Below are positions 9,417 to 19,553 of a stretch of 62,246 bases of DNA, piece after piece. Source of the DNA: an uncultured Candidatus Saccharibacteria bacterium (GTDB lineage Bacteria; Patescibacteriota; Minisyncoccia; Minisyncoccales; MHMH01); contig CAYMTT010000001.1 of NCBI GenBank assembly GCA_964393465.1, forward strand, positions 1 through 62,246, written 5' to 3'. The first letter of the stretch is position 1. Every line of letters starts with the position of its first letter. Made by a program: the position numbers and the translations under genes. A model generated the notes under the pieces. It did no database searches, was not told where the DNA came from, and was given only the letters and a program-made list of their open reading frames with translations.

Positions 9417-11821
9417 TAATCAGTCACTATGTTAACGAGTTTATCCGGAACGAAAACAATCTTTCTTATTTTCTTCCCAGCCAACCACTTTTTAACCTTT
9501 TCTCGGCTTAATGTCAACTCTCCGGCGTCTTTTTCAGATAGTCCGGGATCGGCTTCCATTCTGTCTCTAAACCGGCCGTTGATCTGAATTATTATCTGGA
9601 CTTTTTCCTCTTTAACCAGTTTTCTGTCGTATTCCGGCCAAAGTTCGTCGTGAATGCTGTATTCAAAGCCCTTCTTTTCCCAGAGCTCCTCCGCAAAATG
9701 TGGGGCGAAGGGAGCCAAAAGCAAAAGAAAGTTTTTGACGCAATCCAAGGGAGGGTTTTTCTTTTTCTGGAGCTCGTTGATGAAAACCATCAAAGAAGAA
9801 ACCGCCGTATTGAACCTGAATTTTTCAATGTCTTGGGTCACTTTCTTTATGGTCTTGTGCATCAGCTTTTCCAAATCCGAATCTTCAATTTTGCCTGGCA
9901 ACGTATTCTGACAGACGTCCCAGGCCCGGTTCAAGAACCTGTAAATTCCGACTATTCCGTTGGGATTCCACGAGCCTCCCCGAGAATAGGGACCCATAAA
10001 GCAGAGGTAGATTCTCACCGAATCCGCGCCGTATTTGCTTATCTGGATTTTGGGATCGACCACGTTTCCCCGGGATTTGGACATTTTCTGGCCGTCGGGC
10101 CCGAGAATTATCCCCTGATGCCTGAGGGCGGAAAAGGGCTCGTTAAAATGCAAATGTCCGAGCTTGTTCAAAACCTTGGTGAAAAAGCGCGAGTAAAGCA
10201 GATGCAAAACTATGTGTTCCGCTCCTCCTATGTACATATCTACGGGTAGCCAGGTTTTTATTTTTTCGGGAGAAGCGAATCTTGAAGGATTCGAAGGGTC
10301 GGCGTAACGCAGGTAATACCAGGAAGAACAGACGAAAGTGTCCATGGTATCGGTCTCTCTTTCTGCCTTTCCTCCGCATTTGGGACATTCGGTTTCCACG
10401 AACTTTCTGCTCTTTGCCAGAGGGGATTTTCCCTCTCCGCCGGGCCGGAAATCTCTGACGACGGGAAGCGGTAAAGGCAGGTCTTTTTCGGCAAGGGGCT
10501 GCCAGCCGCATTTTGAGCAGAAAATCATGGGAATAGGGACTCCCCAGTATCTCTGGCGGGAAATCAGCCAGTCCCTTATTTTATAATGGGTTTTCTTCCG
10601 AGCCAGGCCTTTTTTTTCCAGCCATTGCCCGATTCTTTCTTCTGCTTGCCGGGAAAGCATTCCATCGAACCTGCCGGAATTGACCAAGGTCCCTTCTCCC
10701 TCGTAGGGATCGGGCTGGTTTTTGTCTCCGGAATCAATCACTTTTATTATCGGAAGGTTGTATTTTTTGGCAAAATCCCAATCCCTCTGGTCGTGGCCGG
10801 GAACCGCCATTATGGCGCCCGTGCCGTAATGCATCAAAACGTAATCGGCAACAAAAACGGGAACTTCCCTGCCGTTGACCGGATTTACGGCTTTTAATCC
10901 TTTGAGCTCCACTCCGCTTTTATCCTTGATTTCGGAGATCCTTTCCCTTTCGGTTTTTTTCTTGGATTCTTCGATATATTTTCCGACCGATTTGAAATTT
11001 TCGATTTTTTCTTTCAGTTCCCTTATTATTTCATTTTCGGGAGCCAACACCAGATAAGTGCAGCCGAAAAGAGTATCGGCCCGAGTGGTATAAACGGGAA
11101 TCTTCCGGTCGGAATCCTTGATTTGGAATTTCAATTCCCATCCCTGGGATTTGCCTATCCAGTTTTTCTGCATGATTTTGGTGGTCTCCGGCCAATCCAC
11201 TTCATCCAGGCCCTCCAGCAGATCTTGGGCGTAATCGGAAATTTTGAAAAGCCACTGTTCGATTTCCTTTTGAATCACTTCCGTTCCGCATCTTTCGCAT
11301 TTGCCGTCCACCACCTGTTCATTAGCCAGAACCGTCTTGCAGGAAGGACAAAAATTGGCAGGCACCCTTCCTTTATACGCCAGACCGGCCTTGTAAAGCT
11401 GAAGAAACATCCACTGGGTCCATTTGTAGTATTCGGGATCGCAAGTAACAACTTCCCTCGACCAGTCGTAAACGTTTCCTATGGACTTCAGCTGCTTTCT
11501 CATTTTCTTGACGTTTTTCTGGGTCCAGGTTTTGGGATGTATTTTATTCTTGATGGCGGCGTTTTCCGCCGGAAGCCCGAAAGCATCAAAGCCTATGGGA
11601 GACATAACGTTCAAGCCCTGCATTCTTTTGAAGCGGGCGTAAACGTCCGCCGGAGCGAAATTATACCAATGGCCTATGTGTATGTCCCCGGAAGGATAAG
11701 GGAACATAACCAAATGATAAAAATTGTCCTTGCCCCTGGCCTTGTCTGCAGCCTTGTAAATGCCCGTTTCTTCCCATTTTTTCTGCCATTTTTTTTCTAT
11801 GTTTTTGTGCCTGTATTTCAT
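9416..11821 (-). CDS. leuS: Leucyl-tRNA synthetase
   Basis: 801 aa. PYPSGDIHIGH (HIGH) and QKMSKSRGN (KMSKS) motifs, with a CP1 editing domain. Confidence 0.95.
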   Translation of the reverse strand: MKYRHKNIEKKWQKKWEETGIYKAADKARGKDNFYHLVMFPYPSGDIHIGHWYNFAPADVYARFKRMQGLNVMSPIGFDAFGLPAENAAIKNKIHPKTWTQKNVKKMRKQLKSIGNVYDWSREVVTCDPEYYKWTQWMFLQLYKAGLAYKGRVPANFCPSCKTVLANEQVVDGKCERCGTEVIQKEIEQWLFKISDYAQDLLEGLDEVDWPETTKIMQKNWIGKSQGWELKFQIKDSDRKIPVYTTRADTLFGCTYLVLAPENEIIRELKEKIENFKSVGKYIEESKKKTERERISEIKDKSGVELKGLKAVNPVNGREVPVFVADYVLMHYGTGAIMAVPGHDQRDWDFAKKYNLPIIKVIDSGDKNQPDPYEGEGTLVNSGRFDGMLSRQAEERIGQWLEKKGLARKKTHYKIRDWLISRQRYWGVPIPMIFCSKCGWQPLAEKDLPLPLPVVRDFRPGGEGKSPLAKSRKFVETECPKCGGKAERETDTMDTFVCSSWYYLRYADPSNPSRFASPEKIKTWLPVDMYIGGAEHIVLHLLYSRFFTKVLNKLGHLHFNEPFSALRHQGIILGPDGQKMSKSRGNVVDPKIQISKYGADSVRIYLCFMGPYSRGGSWNPNGIVGIYRFLNRAWDVCQNTLPGKIEDSDLEKLMHKTIKKVTQDIEKFRFNTAVSSLMVFINELQKKKNPPLDCVKNFLLLLAPFAPHFAEELWEKKGFEYSIHDELWPEYDRKLVKEEKVQIIIQINGRFRDRMEADPGLSEKDAGELTLSREKVKKWLAGKKIRKIVFVPDKLVNIVTD

Positions 11822-12600
11822 ATTTTTATTCCGTTCAAAATCAACAGGTTCCTCAAGACCAAGGCCACGGTCAAGGGTCCCAATCCTCCGGGAACCGGGG
11901 ACACGAACCCGGCTTTTAAAGAAACGCTTTGAAAGTCCACGTCCCGACCCGCATCCAAAACGACGGCACCTTCTTTGATCATATCGCCGGTTATCAAACC
12001 GGGAACTCCGGTGGCAGAAACCACGATGTCCGCTTCTCTGGTAATGGAAGAAGGATTCGGGGTGGATTTGTCTATTATTGAAACTTCGGCCCCCTGCTTT
12101 TCAAGCCATTCAGCGGCCGGCCTGCCGACCAACCGGCCCCGGCCCACTACTGCAGCTTTCTTCTTTTTTGCCGATATTCCGTATTCCTTGAAAAACTCCT
12201 TTATGCCTGCGGCCACCGGAGATAAAATATCGGGATTTTTCCCTGAAAGGGAATCCACGTCTTTTTCTGCCGGAATAAGGTTTAAGATTTTATCGGCGTC
12301 GATATGCTCGGGGAGAGGCAACTGTATTATCACTCCGTCGTTTTGAGGATCGTCGCAGATTTTGCCGACTTTGTCTGCCAGCTCCGGAAAACCCGTTTCT
12401 TTCGGAAAAGAATAAAGCTTGAAATCTATTCCGGCTTTCAGACCGGCTTTCTCTTTCTGGGCTACAAAAATGAGGGAATCGGAATCTTTCCCGACGAGAA
12501 CGCAGGCCAATCTCAGCTTTCTCTGGGAATCTGCCAAAGCGGTCTTTATCTCTGACAAAAGCTTTTCGGCTAGTTTTTTTCCGTCCAGAATTTCCGGCAT
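11818..12600 (-). CDS. folD: Bifunctional methylenetetrahydrofolate dehydrogenase/cyclohydrolase
   Basis: 260 aa. ILDGKKLA N-terminus, GVIIQLPLP and VVGRGRLVGRP motifs. Confidence 0.9.
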   Translation of the reverse strand: MPEILDGKKLAEKLLSEIKTALADSQRKLRLACVLVGKDSDSLIFVAQKEKAGLKAGIDFKLYSFPKETGFPELADKVGKICDDPQNDGVIIQLPLPEHIDADKILNLIPAEKDVDSLSGKNPDILSPVAAGIKEFFKEYGISAKKKKAAVVGRGRLVGRPAAEWLEKQGAEVSIIDKSTPNPSSITREADIVVSATGVPGLITGDMIKEGAVVLDAGRDVDFQSVSLKAGFVSPVPGGLGPLTVALVLRNLLILNGIKI

Positions 12601-13826
12601 AATTTTCGGATTTCTTTTTTAACGCCCGCCGCCTGTCGAGGAGAATCGATCAAAACGTTTATCCAGCCGGCGATGGCTTTCATTTCCTTTTCTTCCATCC
12701 CCCTGCTGGTAACGGCCGGCGTTCCCAAACGGATTCCCGATGGGTCTTTGGGAGATTTTTTATCGTAGGGAATCATGTTTTTGTTGACGATTATCCCTCC
12801 CTTTTCCAGAACTTCCTGGGCTTCACTGCCCGAAACTCTTTTGGAAGACAAGTCTATCAAAAGCAGATGGTTGTCGGTGCCCCCGGAAACCAAACGAAAT
12901 CCGTATTTTTTCAGCTCCATTGCCAGAACCCGGCCGTTTTCCACCACTTGCCGGGCATATTTCTTGAAAGCCGGCTTTGAAGCTTCCTCAAAAGCCAAGG
13001 CGGTTCCGGCGATGGTGTGATTGTGCGGCCCTCCCTGAAGCCCGGGGAAAACGGAGGGGAAGATCTTGTCTTTCAGATTCTGACGGCAAATTATCATGGC
13101 TCCCCTGGGGCCTCTCAGTGTTTTATGAGTGGTAGTGGTGACAATGTCTGCCCAAGGGAAAGGGGAAAGATGCTGATTTGCAACCACCAGCCCGGCGATA
13201 TGGGAAATGTCGGCCAAAAGATAGGCTCCCGACTTTCTGGCAATCTGCCCGAACTTTTTGAAATCCACTTTCCGGGGATAAGCGCTGTAGCCGCAGATTA
13301 TCAAGTCGGGCTTTTCTTTTTTGGCCAAAGCTTCTATCTGCCGATAATCCAAAGTTTCGGTCTTTCTGTCCAAAAAATATCTGGATATTTTGAAGTCTTT
13401 TTCCGTCAGAGAAACCGGCGCTCCGTGGCTCAAATGCCCTCCCGAATCCAAAGAAAGACTCATTATCTTAGCTCCGGGCTTTAAAAGGCCGCGGTAAACC
13501 TCGTAGTTGGCGGGGCTCCCCGAAAGCGGCTGCAAATTTACCGCCCATTTTTCGGATTCTTTTCCCAAAAAAAGATTCAGAGCTCTTTTTTCTGCCAATT
13601 TTTCCAGAGCGTCTATGTTCTCCATGCCGCCGTAATATCTTTTTCCGGGCCGGCCTTCCGAATATTTGACTATGAAAATGGAGCTCAAAGCCGCCCTGAC
13701 GGCAAGCGAGGGATAATTTTCAGAAGCTATGAGGTTCAGAGTATCTCTGTGGTGAGCTTCCTCTTTTTCTATTAAGGCGGCCAGCTCAGGATCCGCTTTC
13801 TTTATTTTTTTAATGTATTCTTTCAT
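12570..13826 (-). CDS. glyA: Serine hydroxymethyltransferase
   Basis: 418 aa. LIASEN and the PLP-lysine motif VTTTTHKTLRGPRG. Confidence 0.95.
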   Translation of the reverse strand: MKEYIKKIKKADPELAALIEKEEAHHRDTLNLIASENYPSLAVRAALSSIFIVKYSEGRPGKRYYGGMENIDALEKLAEKRALNLFLGKESEKWAVNLQPLSGSPANYEVYRGLLKPGAKIMSLSLDSGGHLSHGAPVSLTEKDFKISRYFLDRKTETLDYRQIEALAKKEKPDLIICGYSAYPRKVDFKKFGQIARKSGAYLLADISHIAGLVVANQHLSPFPWADIVTTTTHKTLRGPRGAMIICRQNLKDKIFPSVFPGLQGGPHNHTIAGTALAFEEASKPAFKKYARQVVENGRVLAMELKKYGFRLVSGGTDNHLLLIDLSSKRVSGSEAQEVLEKGGIIVNKNMIPYDKKSPKDPSGIRLGTPAVTSRGMEEKEMKAIAGWINVLIDSPRQAAGVKKEIRKLCRKFWTEKN

Positions 13827-14641
13827 AATTTAAAAAGTTTTTGGGCGTTTTCAGAGGTGATTTCGGCTATTTCCTTATAGCTCATATCCTTTAATTTAGC
13901 AATTTTCTCTGCCACTCTTTTTACGAACAAAGGCTCGTTGCGCCCGGTTTCAGGGGGAGGGGTCAGATAGGGGCAGTCTGTCTCTATGAGAATCCTTTCC
14001 AAAGGAACCCTTTTTATTATCTCGTCGCAGTCAAGCTTGAAAATCAAGCCGTTGAATCCCAGATAAAAACCTTTTTCCAGATAGAGTTTGGCCTGCTCCC
14101 AATTTCCGGTAAAACAATGGACCACTCCCGGAAGCGAAGGATCGACAAGCTCCAAAAAGTCGTCGTGGGCGAATCGGCAGTGAAAAATCATGGGCAGATT
14201 CAGGTCTTTGGCCAAGCCCTGCTGCTCGAGAAAGGCTTTTTTCTGCTTTTCCTTGAAAAGCTCTAACTTTCTTCTGGTCTTGGGCTTGTAGTAATAATCC
14301 AAGCCGATTTCCCCTATTGCCACCACTTTATCGCTGCTTTTTGCCAGCTCTCTGTATTTTTCGCGGTCGAATTGCTCTTGGCGCGACTGAATCTGGATTT
14401 CTTCCGGATCTATTTTTATCTTGACCAAACCGGTCTCCAAATGAATAGGATGGAGCCCGACCGCCGCCCAGACGCCCTCTCGGTGGCGCTCGGCCAGTTC
14501 CACGGCCCTGAAGCTGGTGGAGTACTGGGAACCCACGTTTATAACGGAAACTCCTCCTTCAAGGGAGCGTTCAACGACCCGGTCGGAATCTTCCCTGTAA
14601 GCGTTGAAATTCAGATGGGCGTGGGTGTCTATGATCTTCAT
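13823..14641 (-). CDS. tatD: TatD-family metal-dependent hydrolase/DNase
   Basis: 272 aa. IIDTHAHL N-terminus, IGEIGLDYY, and HCF..G motifs. Confidence 0.85.
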   Translation of the reverse strand: MKIIDTHAHLNFNAYREDSDRVVERSLEGGVSVINVGSQYSTSFRAVELAERHREGVWAAVGLHPIHLETGLVKIKIDPEEIQIQSRQEQFDREKYRELAKSSDKVVAIGEIGLDYYYKPKTRRKLELFKEKQKKAFLEQQGLAKDLNLPMIFHCRFAHDDFLELVDPSLPGVVHCFTGNWEQAKLYLEKGFYLGFNGLIFKLDCDEIIKRVPLERILIETDCPYLTPPPETGRNEPLFVKRVAEKIAKLKDMSYKEIAEITSENAQKLFKL

Positions 14642-16038
14642 ATTCTCGGAAACAAAGGCCGGCTCTCCCTTTTTTCAATCTGCTCCAGTATTTTTTCTGC
14701 GGTTTCCGGCAAAAAAGCCCTTAATGTTAAAGCGATTTCTCTTAAAGCAAAAAGTAAACTTCCCAAAACCTCGGGGTCTTTGGTTTCCCAGGGCTTTTCC
14801 TTTTCGATATACCTGTCGCACCATCCCATCAATTCCCAAAGGGCAGCCAAGGCCTCGCTAAATCTGAAATCTTCCAGGCTTTCTTCCGCCCTTTTTTTGA
14901 ATTTCTCCACCGGGATTTTTTTGAAATTGGAAATTTCAGAATCCTTGGCCAAAGTCACTATTCTGGCCGTGAGATTGCCCAGGCCTTTGGCCAAATCGGA
15001 ATTATACCGCTTTTCGAATTTTTCGACGGTAAAATCCCCGTCCTGGGTCGGGGGAATTTCGCTCAGGAGAAAATATCTGACCGGATCCGCTCCGTATTTT
15101 TCCACCAGCTCGAAAGGATCTATAATATTCCCGAGGGATTTTGACATTTTCTGGCCTCCGACCGTAATGAATCCATGGATGAAAACCGCCTTGGGCAATT
15201 CAATCCCCAGAGAAAGAAGCATGCCGGGCCAGATGAGACAATGAAATTTCTGGATATCCTTGCCTATGCAGTGCAAGTCGGCAGGCCAGTATTTCTTGAA
15301 CTGGGGAGAGTTCGGATATCCCAAAGCGGAAATGTAATTGACCAAAGCGTCGCCCCAGACGTAAATGGTTTGGCTCGGATCTCCGGGAACGGGAATCCCC
15401 CATTTTAAATCTTCGGAAGGCCGAGAAAAGCTTATATCCTCCAGGCCCTGCCCGGCAAAATTGAGCATTTCCTTTTTCCGGCTTTCGGGCATTATCTCGA
15501 TTTGCCCTTTTTCGACGGCCTTTTCTATTTTTTCGGAATAGCGGGAAAGTCTGAAAAAATAATTTTCTTCCTCAATGACTTCCGGCTCTTTTTTGTGTAC
15601 GGCGCATCTTCCCTCGAACAAATCCTTTTTGGTTATGAATGCTTCGCAGCCCGAACAATAAAAGCCTTTGTATTTTTTTTTGTATATATCCCCGTTTCTT
15701 TCCAGCTTCCGCCAAACTTCCTGAACGGCGGGCCAATGCTTTTTTTTGTCGCTGGTTCTGATAAAATCGTCGTTGGAAAGATTTAAAATTTTCGTGAGCT
15801 CTCTGAATTTGAAAGAGACCTTATCGGTAAAATCTTCGGGGGTCTGGCCCGATTCTTCGGCGGCGGCGATCACTTTTTTTCCGTGCTCGTCGGTCCCGGT
15901 AAGAAAAAAAACGTCTTTTCCCGAAAGCCTCGCTGATCTGGCTATAACGTCGGCTTGGACGGTTTCCAAAGCGTAGCCCAAATGAGGAAAGGAATTAACG
16001 TAAGCGATGCTGGTTGTGAGATAGAATTTATCTGACAT
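14638..16038 (-). CDS. metG: Methionyl-tRNA synthetase (short form, no C-terminal tRNA-binding domain)
   Basis: 466 aa. SFPHLGYALE (HIGH-like), a CSGCE zinc knuckle, and QKMSKSLGN. Confidence 0.95.
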   Translation of the reverse strand: MSDKFYLTTSIAYVNSFPHLGYALETVQADVIARSARLSGKDVFFLTGTDEHGKKVIAAAEESGQTPEDFTDKVSFKFRELTKILNLSNDDFIRTSDKKKHWPAVQEVWRKLERNGDIYKKKYKGFYCSGCEAFITKKDLFEGRCAVHKKEPEVIEEENYFFRLSRYSEKIEKAVEKGQIEIMPESRKKEMLNFAGQGLEDISFSRPSEDLKWGIPVPGDPSQTIYVWGDALVNYISALGYPNSPQFKKYWPADLHCIGKDIQKFHCLIWPGMLLSLGIELPKAVFIHGFITVGGQKMSKSLGNIIDPFELVEKYGADPVRYFLLSEIPPTQDGDFTVEKFEKRYNSDLAKGLGNLTARIVTLAKDSEISNFKKIPVEKFKKRAEESLEDFRFSEALAALWELMGWCDRYIEKEKPWETKDPEVLGSLLFALREIALTLRAFLPETAEKILEQIEKRESRPLFPRI

Positions 16039-16087
16039 GGTATAATAAAAACGTTAATTCATATTATCACATTTTCGGCATTTTTCC

Positions 16088-16537
16088 ATGATTTTGTCTC
16101 TGCATCTCTTGACGGGAGCGGCTATAGTCTCCAAGACGCACTATCTGCCTCTGGCCCTGCCTTTGGCTTTTTTGAGCCACTACCTGCTCGACGTTCTTCC
16201 TCATACCAAAGAATATTCGGTGGAAAGAATAAGAGCAAAGGACTGGAAAAGCTCTTTTCCGGATTTTTTGAAAATAGGGCTGGACTTGGCTCTGGGCCTT
16301 TTTTTGATTTTCCTTATTTCAAAAAACCAAAGCCCGGCGGTTTACGCCGGAGCGCTTTTGGCCTCCCTACCCGACGGCTTTACCTTTCTGGGAATACTGT
16401 TTTCCAACCGATTTTTGAAAGAAAACGACGATTTAAATAAAAAAATCCATTTTCTAAAAAGAAGAAAAGTCCATTTTTTCTGGAAGGTTTTCTGCCAGAT
16501 AGCCGTTCTTTTCCTGGCTATCTTTTTCTTGCTATGA
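16088..16537 (+). CDS. Hypothetical integral membrane protein
   Basis: 149 aa with 4-5 hydrophobic helices. LSHYLLDVLPH faintly resembles DUF457/YdjM-type membrane hydrolases. An extended -10, TGGTATAAT, lies at 16038-16046 about 40 nt upstream. Confidence 0.55.
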   Translation: MILSLHLLTGAAIVSKTHYLPLALPLAFLSHYLLDVLPHTKEYSVERIRAKDWKSSFPDFLKIGLDLALGLFLIFLISKNQSPAVYAGALLASLPDGFTFLGILFSNRFLKENDDLNKKIHFLKRRKVHFFWKVFCQIAVLFLAIFFLL

Positions 16538-17183
16538 TCGCGAATTCTCCGGCCACTTTGTCTTTCTGGATCCGCTCGAGAACTTCCAAGGCTCCGCCCC
16601 GGTAAATGGTTTCGAATTTTTTGGTCAGCTCCCTTCCCACGACGAGTTCCAAGCCCTGAAGCAGCTTCAGGGTTTTTAAAATCCGGTGGGGGGACTCGTA
16701 GAAAATAACCGGATAGCCTTTGCCTGCCAGAAAAAAAAGCTCTTCGAAAAACTTGCTTCTTTTCTTTTTGGCCGGAGGAAATCCCAAAAAAACGAACTTG
16801 CCGACCGAGAATCCCGAAACGCTGGCCAAAGCGGCCAAAGCCGAAGAACCTGGAATGGGAATCACCCGGGCGATATCCGAATTGCAGACTTCGGCCACCA
16901 GTTTTCCTCCGGGATCTGAAATTCCCGGAGTGCCCGCATCCGACACCAAAGCCAGCTTTTTTCCTTCTTTTAAAAGCTTCAGGATATGTTCGGTTTTTTT
17001 CGTCTCCGAATGCTGGTGGTAGCTGAGAGTCGTTTTTTTTATATCATAGCTTTCCAGAAGGCGGGCAGTAATTCTGGTATCTTCGCATAAAATAAAATCG
17101 GCCTCTTCCAGCGCTTCCAGGGCCCGGAAGCTGATGTCCTTCAAATTCCCTATCGGTGTTGCGACCACATAAAGAATTCCCAT
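16518..17183 (-). CDS. rsmI: 16S rRNA (cytidine1402-2'-O)-methyltransferase
   Basis: 221 aa. LYVVATPIGNLKDISFRALE and ILCEDTR motifs of the tetrapyrrole-methylase-fold RsmI. Confidence 0.9.
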   Translation of the reverse strand: MGILYVVATPIGNLKDISFRALEALEEADFILCEDTRITARLLESYDIKKTTLSYHQHSETKKTEHILKLLKEGKKLALVSDAGTPGISDPGGKLVAEVCNSDIARVIPIPGSSALAALASVSGFSVGKFVFLGFPPAKKKRSKFFEELFFLAGKGYPVIFYESPHRILKTLKLLQGLELVVGRELTKKFETIYRGGALEVLERIQKDKVAGEFAIIARKR

Positions 17184-17187
17184 AGGT

Positions 17188-18213
17188 TTACAGGACGACC
17201 GCTTTTTCTTCTTTGCGCTTCTTGAGGAAATCCCTGCCGAATTCGAACAGCAGTCCGGCTATGGGAATTCCCAGAACCGCTCCCATTATTCCCCAAAGCT
17301 TCCCTCCGACTATGACGGCAATCAGAACCAGGGCCGGGGGCAAACCGATGAATCTTTTGGTCAGAACCGGGGTCAAGATATTGCCTTCTATCTGCTGGAT
17401 GATAACGTAAGCTATCAGGAAAAAGAGCCCTTTCATCCAAAAGCTGGCCGCCGCAATGACGGTAATCACCAAACCGGCCATTATGGCCCCGATATAGGGG
17501 ATGAAATTCAAAATTCCGGCAAAAAAAGCGAAAGAAACGGCGTAATCTATTTTCAATACGTAACAGGTCAGATAAGTCGTTAAGGCGATGAACAAGCTGG
17601 CCAGGATCTTGGCTCCGAACCAACCGCTGACCTTTTTCTGGCTTTTCTGCCAGATGTTCAGGACCACGGCTTCATATTTTTTCGGAGTAAGAAGCATCAT
17701 CCCGCGCTCTGCCCCCCTTTCTTCGAAAGACAGGAAAAGGGCTATGGAAAAAATGGTAATGGTGGAAAAAACGCCTCCGAAAATGGCTCCCATGGCAGTA
17801 AATATGTTGGCCGAGGCCTTGTTAAGCTCCTGCTCGATCGTTTCGGAAAACTTGTCGAAATTCTCAAAAGCTTCTATTCCCAGCCCCTGCAAGGGGGGAG
17901 ATATTTTTTCGAAGTATTCGGAAAAAGAAAGCGAAAACTGCTGGATTTCTGCCACAAAGACAGGAGCTACCAGATATACGGATCCTCCCAGTATTCCGAA
18001 AATCAAGGTGTATATCAAAACTACGGCCAAAGAACGGGGCATAAACTTTTTTAAAAACTCGATGGCCGGATTGAAAAGCACGGAAATTATCAAAGCGAAG
18101 ATTATCCAGATTAAAATATCTTTTATCAGATAGAAGAAATAAAAGGCCAGACCGGTAATGGCGATCTTCAAAATGGTCGCCCAGGAAATGTCCAATAATT
18201 TGTTTTCGCTCAT
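17188..18213 (-). CDS. AI-2E family transporter (PerM/UPF0118)
   Basis: 341 aa with about 8 TM helices. The topology and the C-terminal IPIAGLL segment are typical of the family. Confidence 0.8.
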   Translation of the reverse strand: MSENKLLDISWATILKIAITGLAFYFFYLIKDILIWIIFALIISVLFNPAIEFLKKFMPRSLAVVLIYTLIFGILGGSVYLVAPVFVAEIQQFSLSFSEYFEKISPPLQGLGIEAFENFDKFSETIEQELNKASANIFTAMGAIFGGVFSTITIFSIALFLSFEERGAERGMMLLTPKKYEAVVLNIWQKSQKKVSGWFGAKILASLFIALTTYLTCYVLKIDYAVSFAFFAGILNFIPYIGAIMAGLVITVIAAASFWMKGLFFLIAYVIIQQIEGNILTPVLTKRFIGLPPALVLIAVIVGGKLWGIMGAVLGIPIAGLLFEFGRDFLKKRKEEKAVVL

Positions 18214-19505
18214 TTTTTTAAAATATTAATGAATTTATTTTTATCCTTGAAAGGGCCCAGCAAGGCCAGGTTTAGTTTGGCGGGCTTGAAAATTTCCCGA
18301 GAAGCTTCAATAACGTCTTCCGAAGAAACTTTGTCTATTTTTTTGTAGACCTCTTCGGGAGTCAAAATCCTTTTTTCCAGAATCTCCTGGCTGCCGTAAA
18401 AAGAAGCCAAAGCGTCGGAAGACTCCAAAAGCAGGGCCATTTTCCCTTTCATGTATTCTTTGGCTTTTTTCAGCTCCTTGGAAGAAATTTCGGTTTTAGC
18501 CAATTTACGGTATTCTCTTAAAATGACAGAAACCGCTTTTTCCGCGTTTTTGTTATCCACTCCGGCCTGGGTCATCAAATAACCGGTGTCCGGATTGGAA
18601 TCGCAGGAAGTCTTGATATAGTATGCCAAGCCCAGTTTTTCCCTCACTTCCATAAAAAGACGGGAGCTCATCATGCCTCCGAGAATCACGGCCAAGATTT
18701 CCTGAGAGTATCTTTTCGGGTGGAAAAGATTGTATCCCCTAGCTCCCAGGCAGAGATGGGTTTGGTCGGTCCGGCGAAAATGAAGAAGGCATTCCGGCTT
18801 TGATTGTTTTTCTACCACTTCCGGTTTTGAAAAAGGATCGTCGGCGCTTATCCCCGAAAAATATTTTTTGACTTTATCTGCCACCGAATTTTCAATACTG
18901 CCCGAAACGCAAACTATGGTGTTAGAAGCCGTATATTGCCTTTTCATGTAAGAGAAAAGTTCTTTTCTTCCCATTTTTTGCACAGTTTCTTTAGTTCCGG
19001 CAATGTCCCAGCCGGCCGGCTGATCCCCATATAAAAGCCTGTTCCAGAGAATTTCGACATAGGCCATTGGATGGTCGCGCCTCATGTTTATCTCTTCCAG
19101 AATCACCCCTTTCTCCTTTTTTATCTCCGTGGAAGGCAAAAGGCTATTCAGAAAAATGTCGGAAACCCAGTCCAAGGCCAGATCTATTTTGGCGGCCCTC
19201 ACTTTGGCATAATATCCCGTATATTCCTCCCCGGTGAAAGCGTTGTAAATTCCCCCGATCTTGTCCAAGGTTTCGGCTATCTCCAGCTTGTCCGGCCTCT
19301 TTTTCGTTCCTTTGAAAAACATGTGCTCGAGAAAATGGGAAACTCCGGAGATCTCCCTGGTTTCGTATTTGGAACCGGTTCCCACCAAAACCAAAACCGT
19401 CACCGCCCGGGTCCCTTTCTGAGGGACGGTGATAATCCTCAGTCCGTTTTTCGAAACGGTTTTTTCGTACATAGCTTCTTTAATTATATCCCATTGCGGA
19501 AACAT
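18210..19505 (-). CDS. M16-family zinc peptidase (insulinase-like)
   Basis: 431 aa. HxxEH zinc motif in HFLEHMFFKGT. Confidence 0.85.
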   Translation of the reverse strand: MFPQWDIIKEAMYEKTVSKNGLRIITVPQKGTRAVTVLVLVGTGSKYETREISGVSHFLEHMFFKGTKKRPDKLEIAETLDKIGGIYNAFTGEEYTGYYAKVRAAKIDLALDWVSDIFLNSLLPSTEIKKEKGVILEEINMRRDHPMAYVEILWNRLLYGDQPAGWDIAGTKETVQKMGRKELFSYMKRQYTASNTIVCVSGSIENSVADKVKKYFSGISADDPFSKPEVVEKQSKPECLLHFRRTDQTHLCLGARGYNLFHPKRYSQEILAVILGGMMSSRLFMEVREKLGLAYYIKTSCDSNPDTGYLMTQAGVDNKNAEKAVSVILREYRKLAKTEISSKELKKAKEYMKGKMALLLESSDALASFYGSQEILEKRILTPEEVYKKIDKVSSEDVIEASREIFKPAKLNLALLGPFKDKNKFINILKK

Positions 19506-19532
19506 TAAAAAGCCCCGGGAAAAGACGGAGCG
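19506..19532 (-). terminator. Hairpin plus U-tract between glyQS and the M16 peptidase gene
   Basis: The minus strand reads GCTCCG-TCTTTTC-CGGGGC followed by TTTTTA, which runs directly into the peptidase ATG. It could be a terminator or an attenuator. Confidence 0.4.
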
Positions 19533-19553
19533 AAAAAAATTAGAAAAGTTTTT

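Noticed and set aside
18210-19505. The two M16 peptidase genes (18210-19505 and 27171-28427) as a recent duplication or repeat.
   Set aside because: They share family motifs only and I saw no extended nucleotide identity. M16 enzymes commonly occur as two diverged paralogous subunits, although here they are not adjacent.
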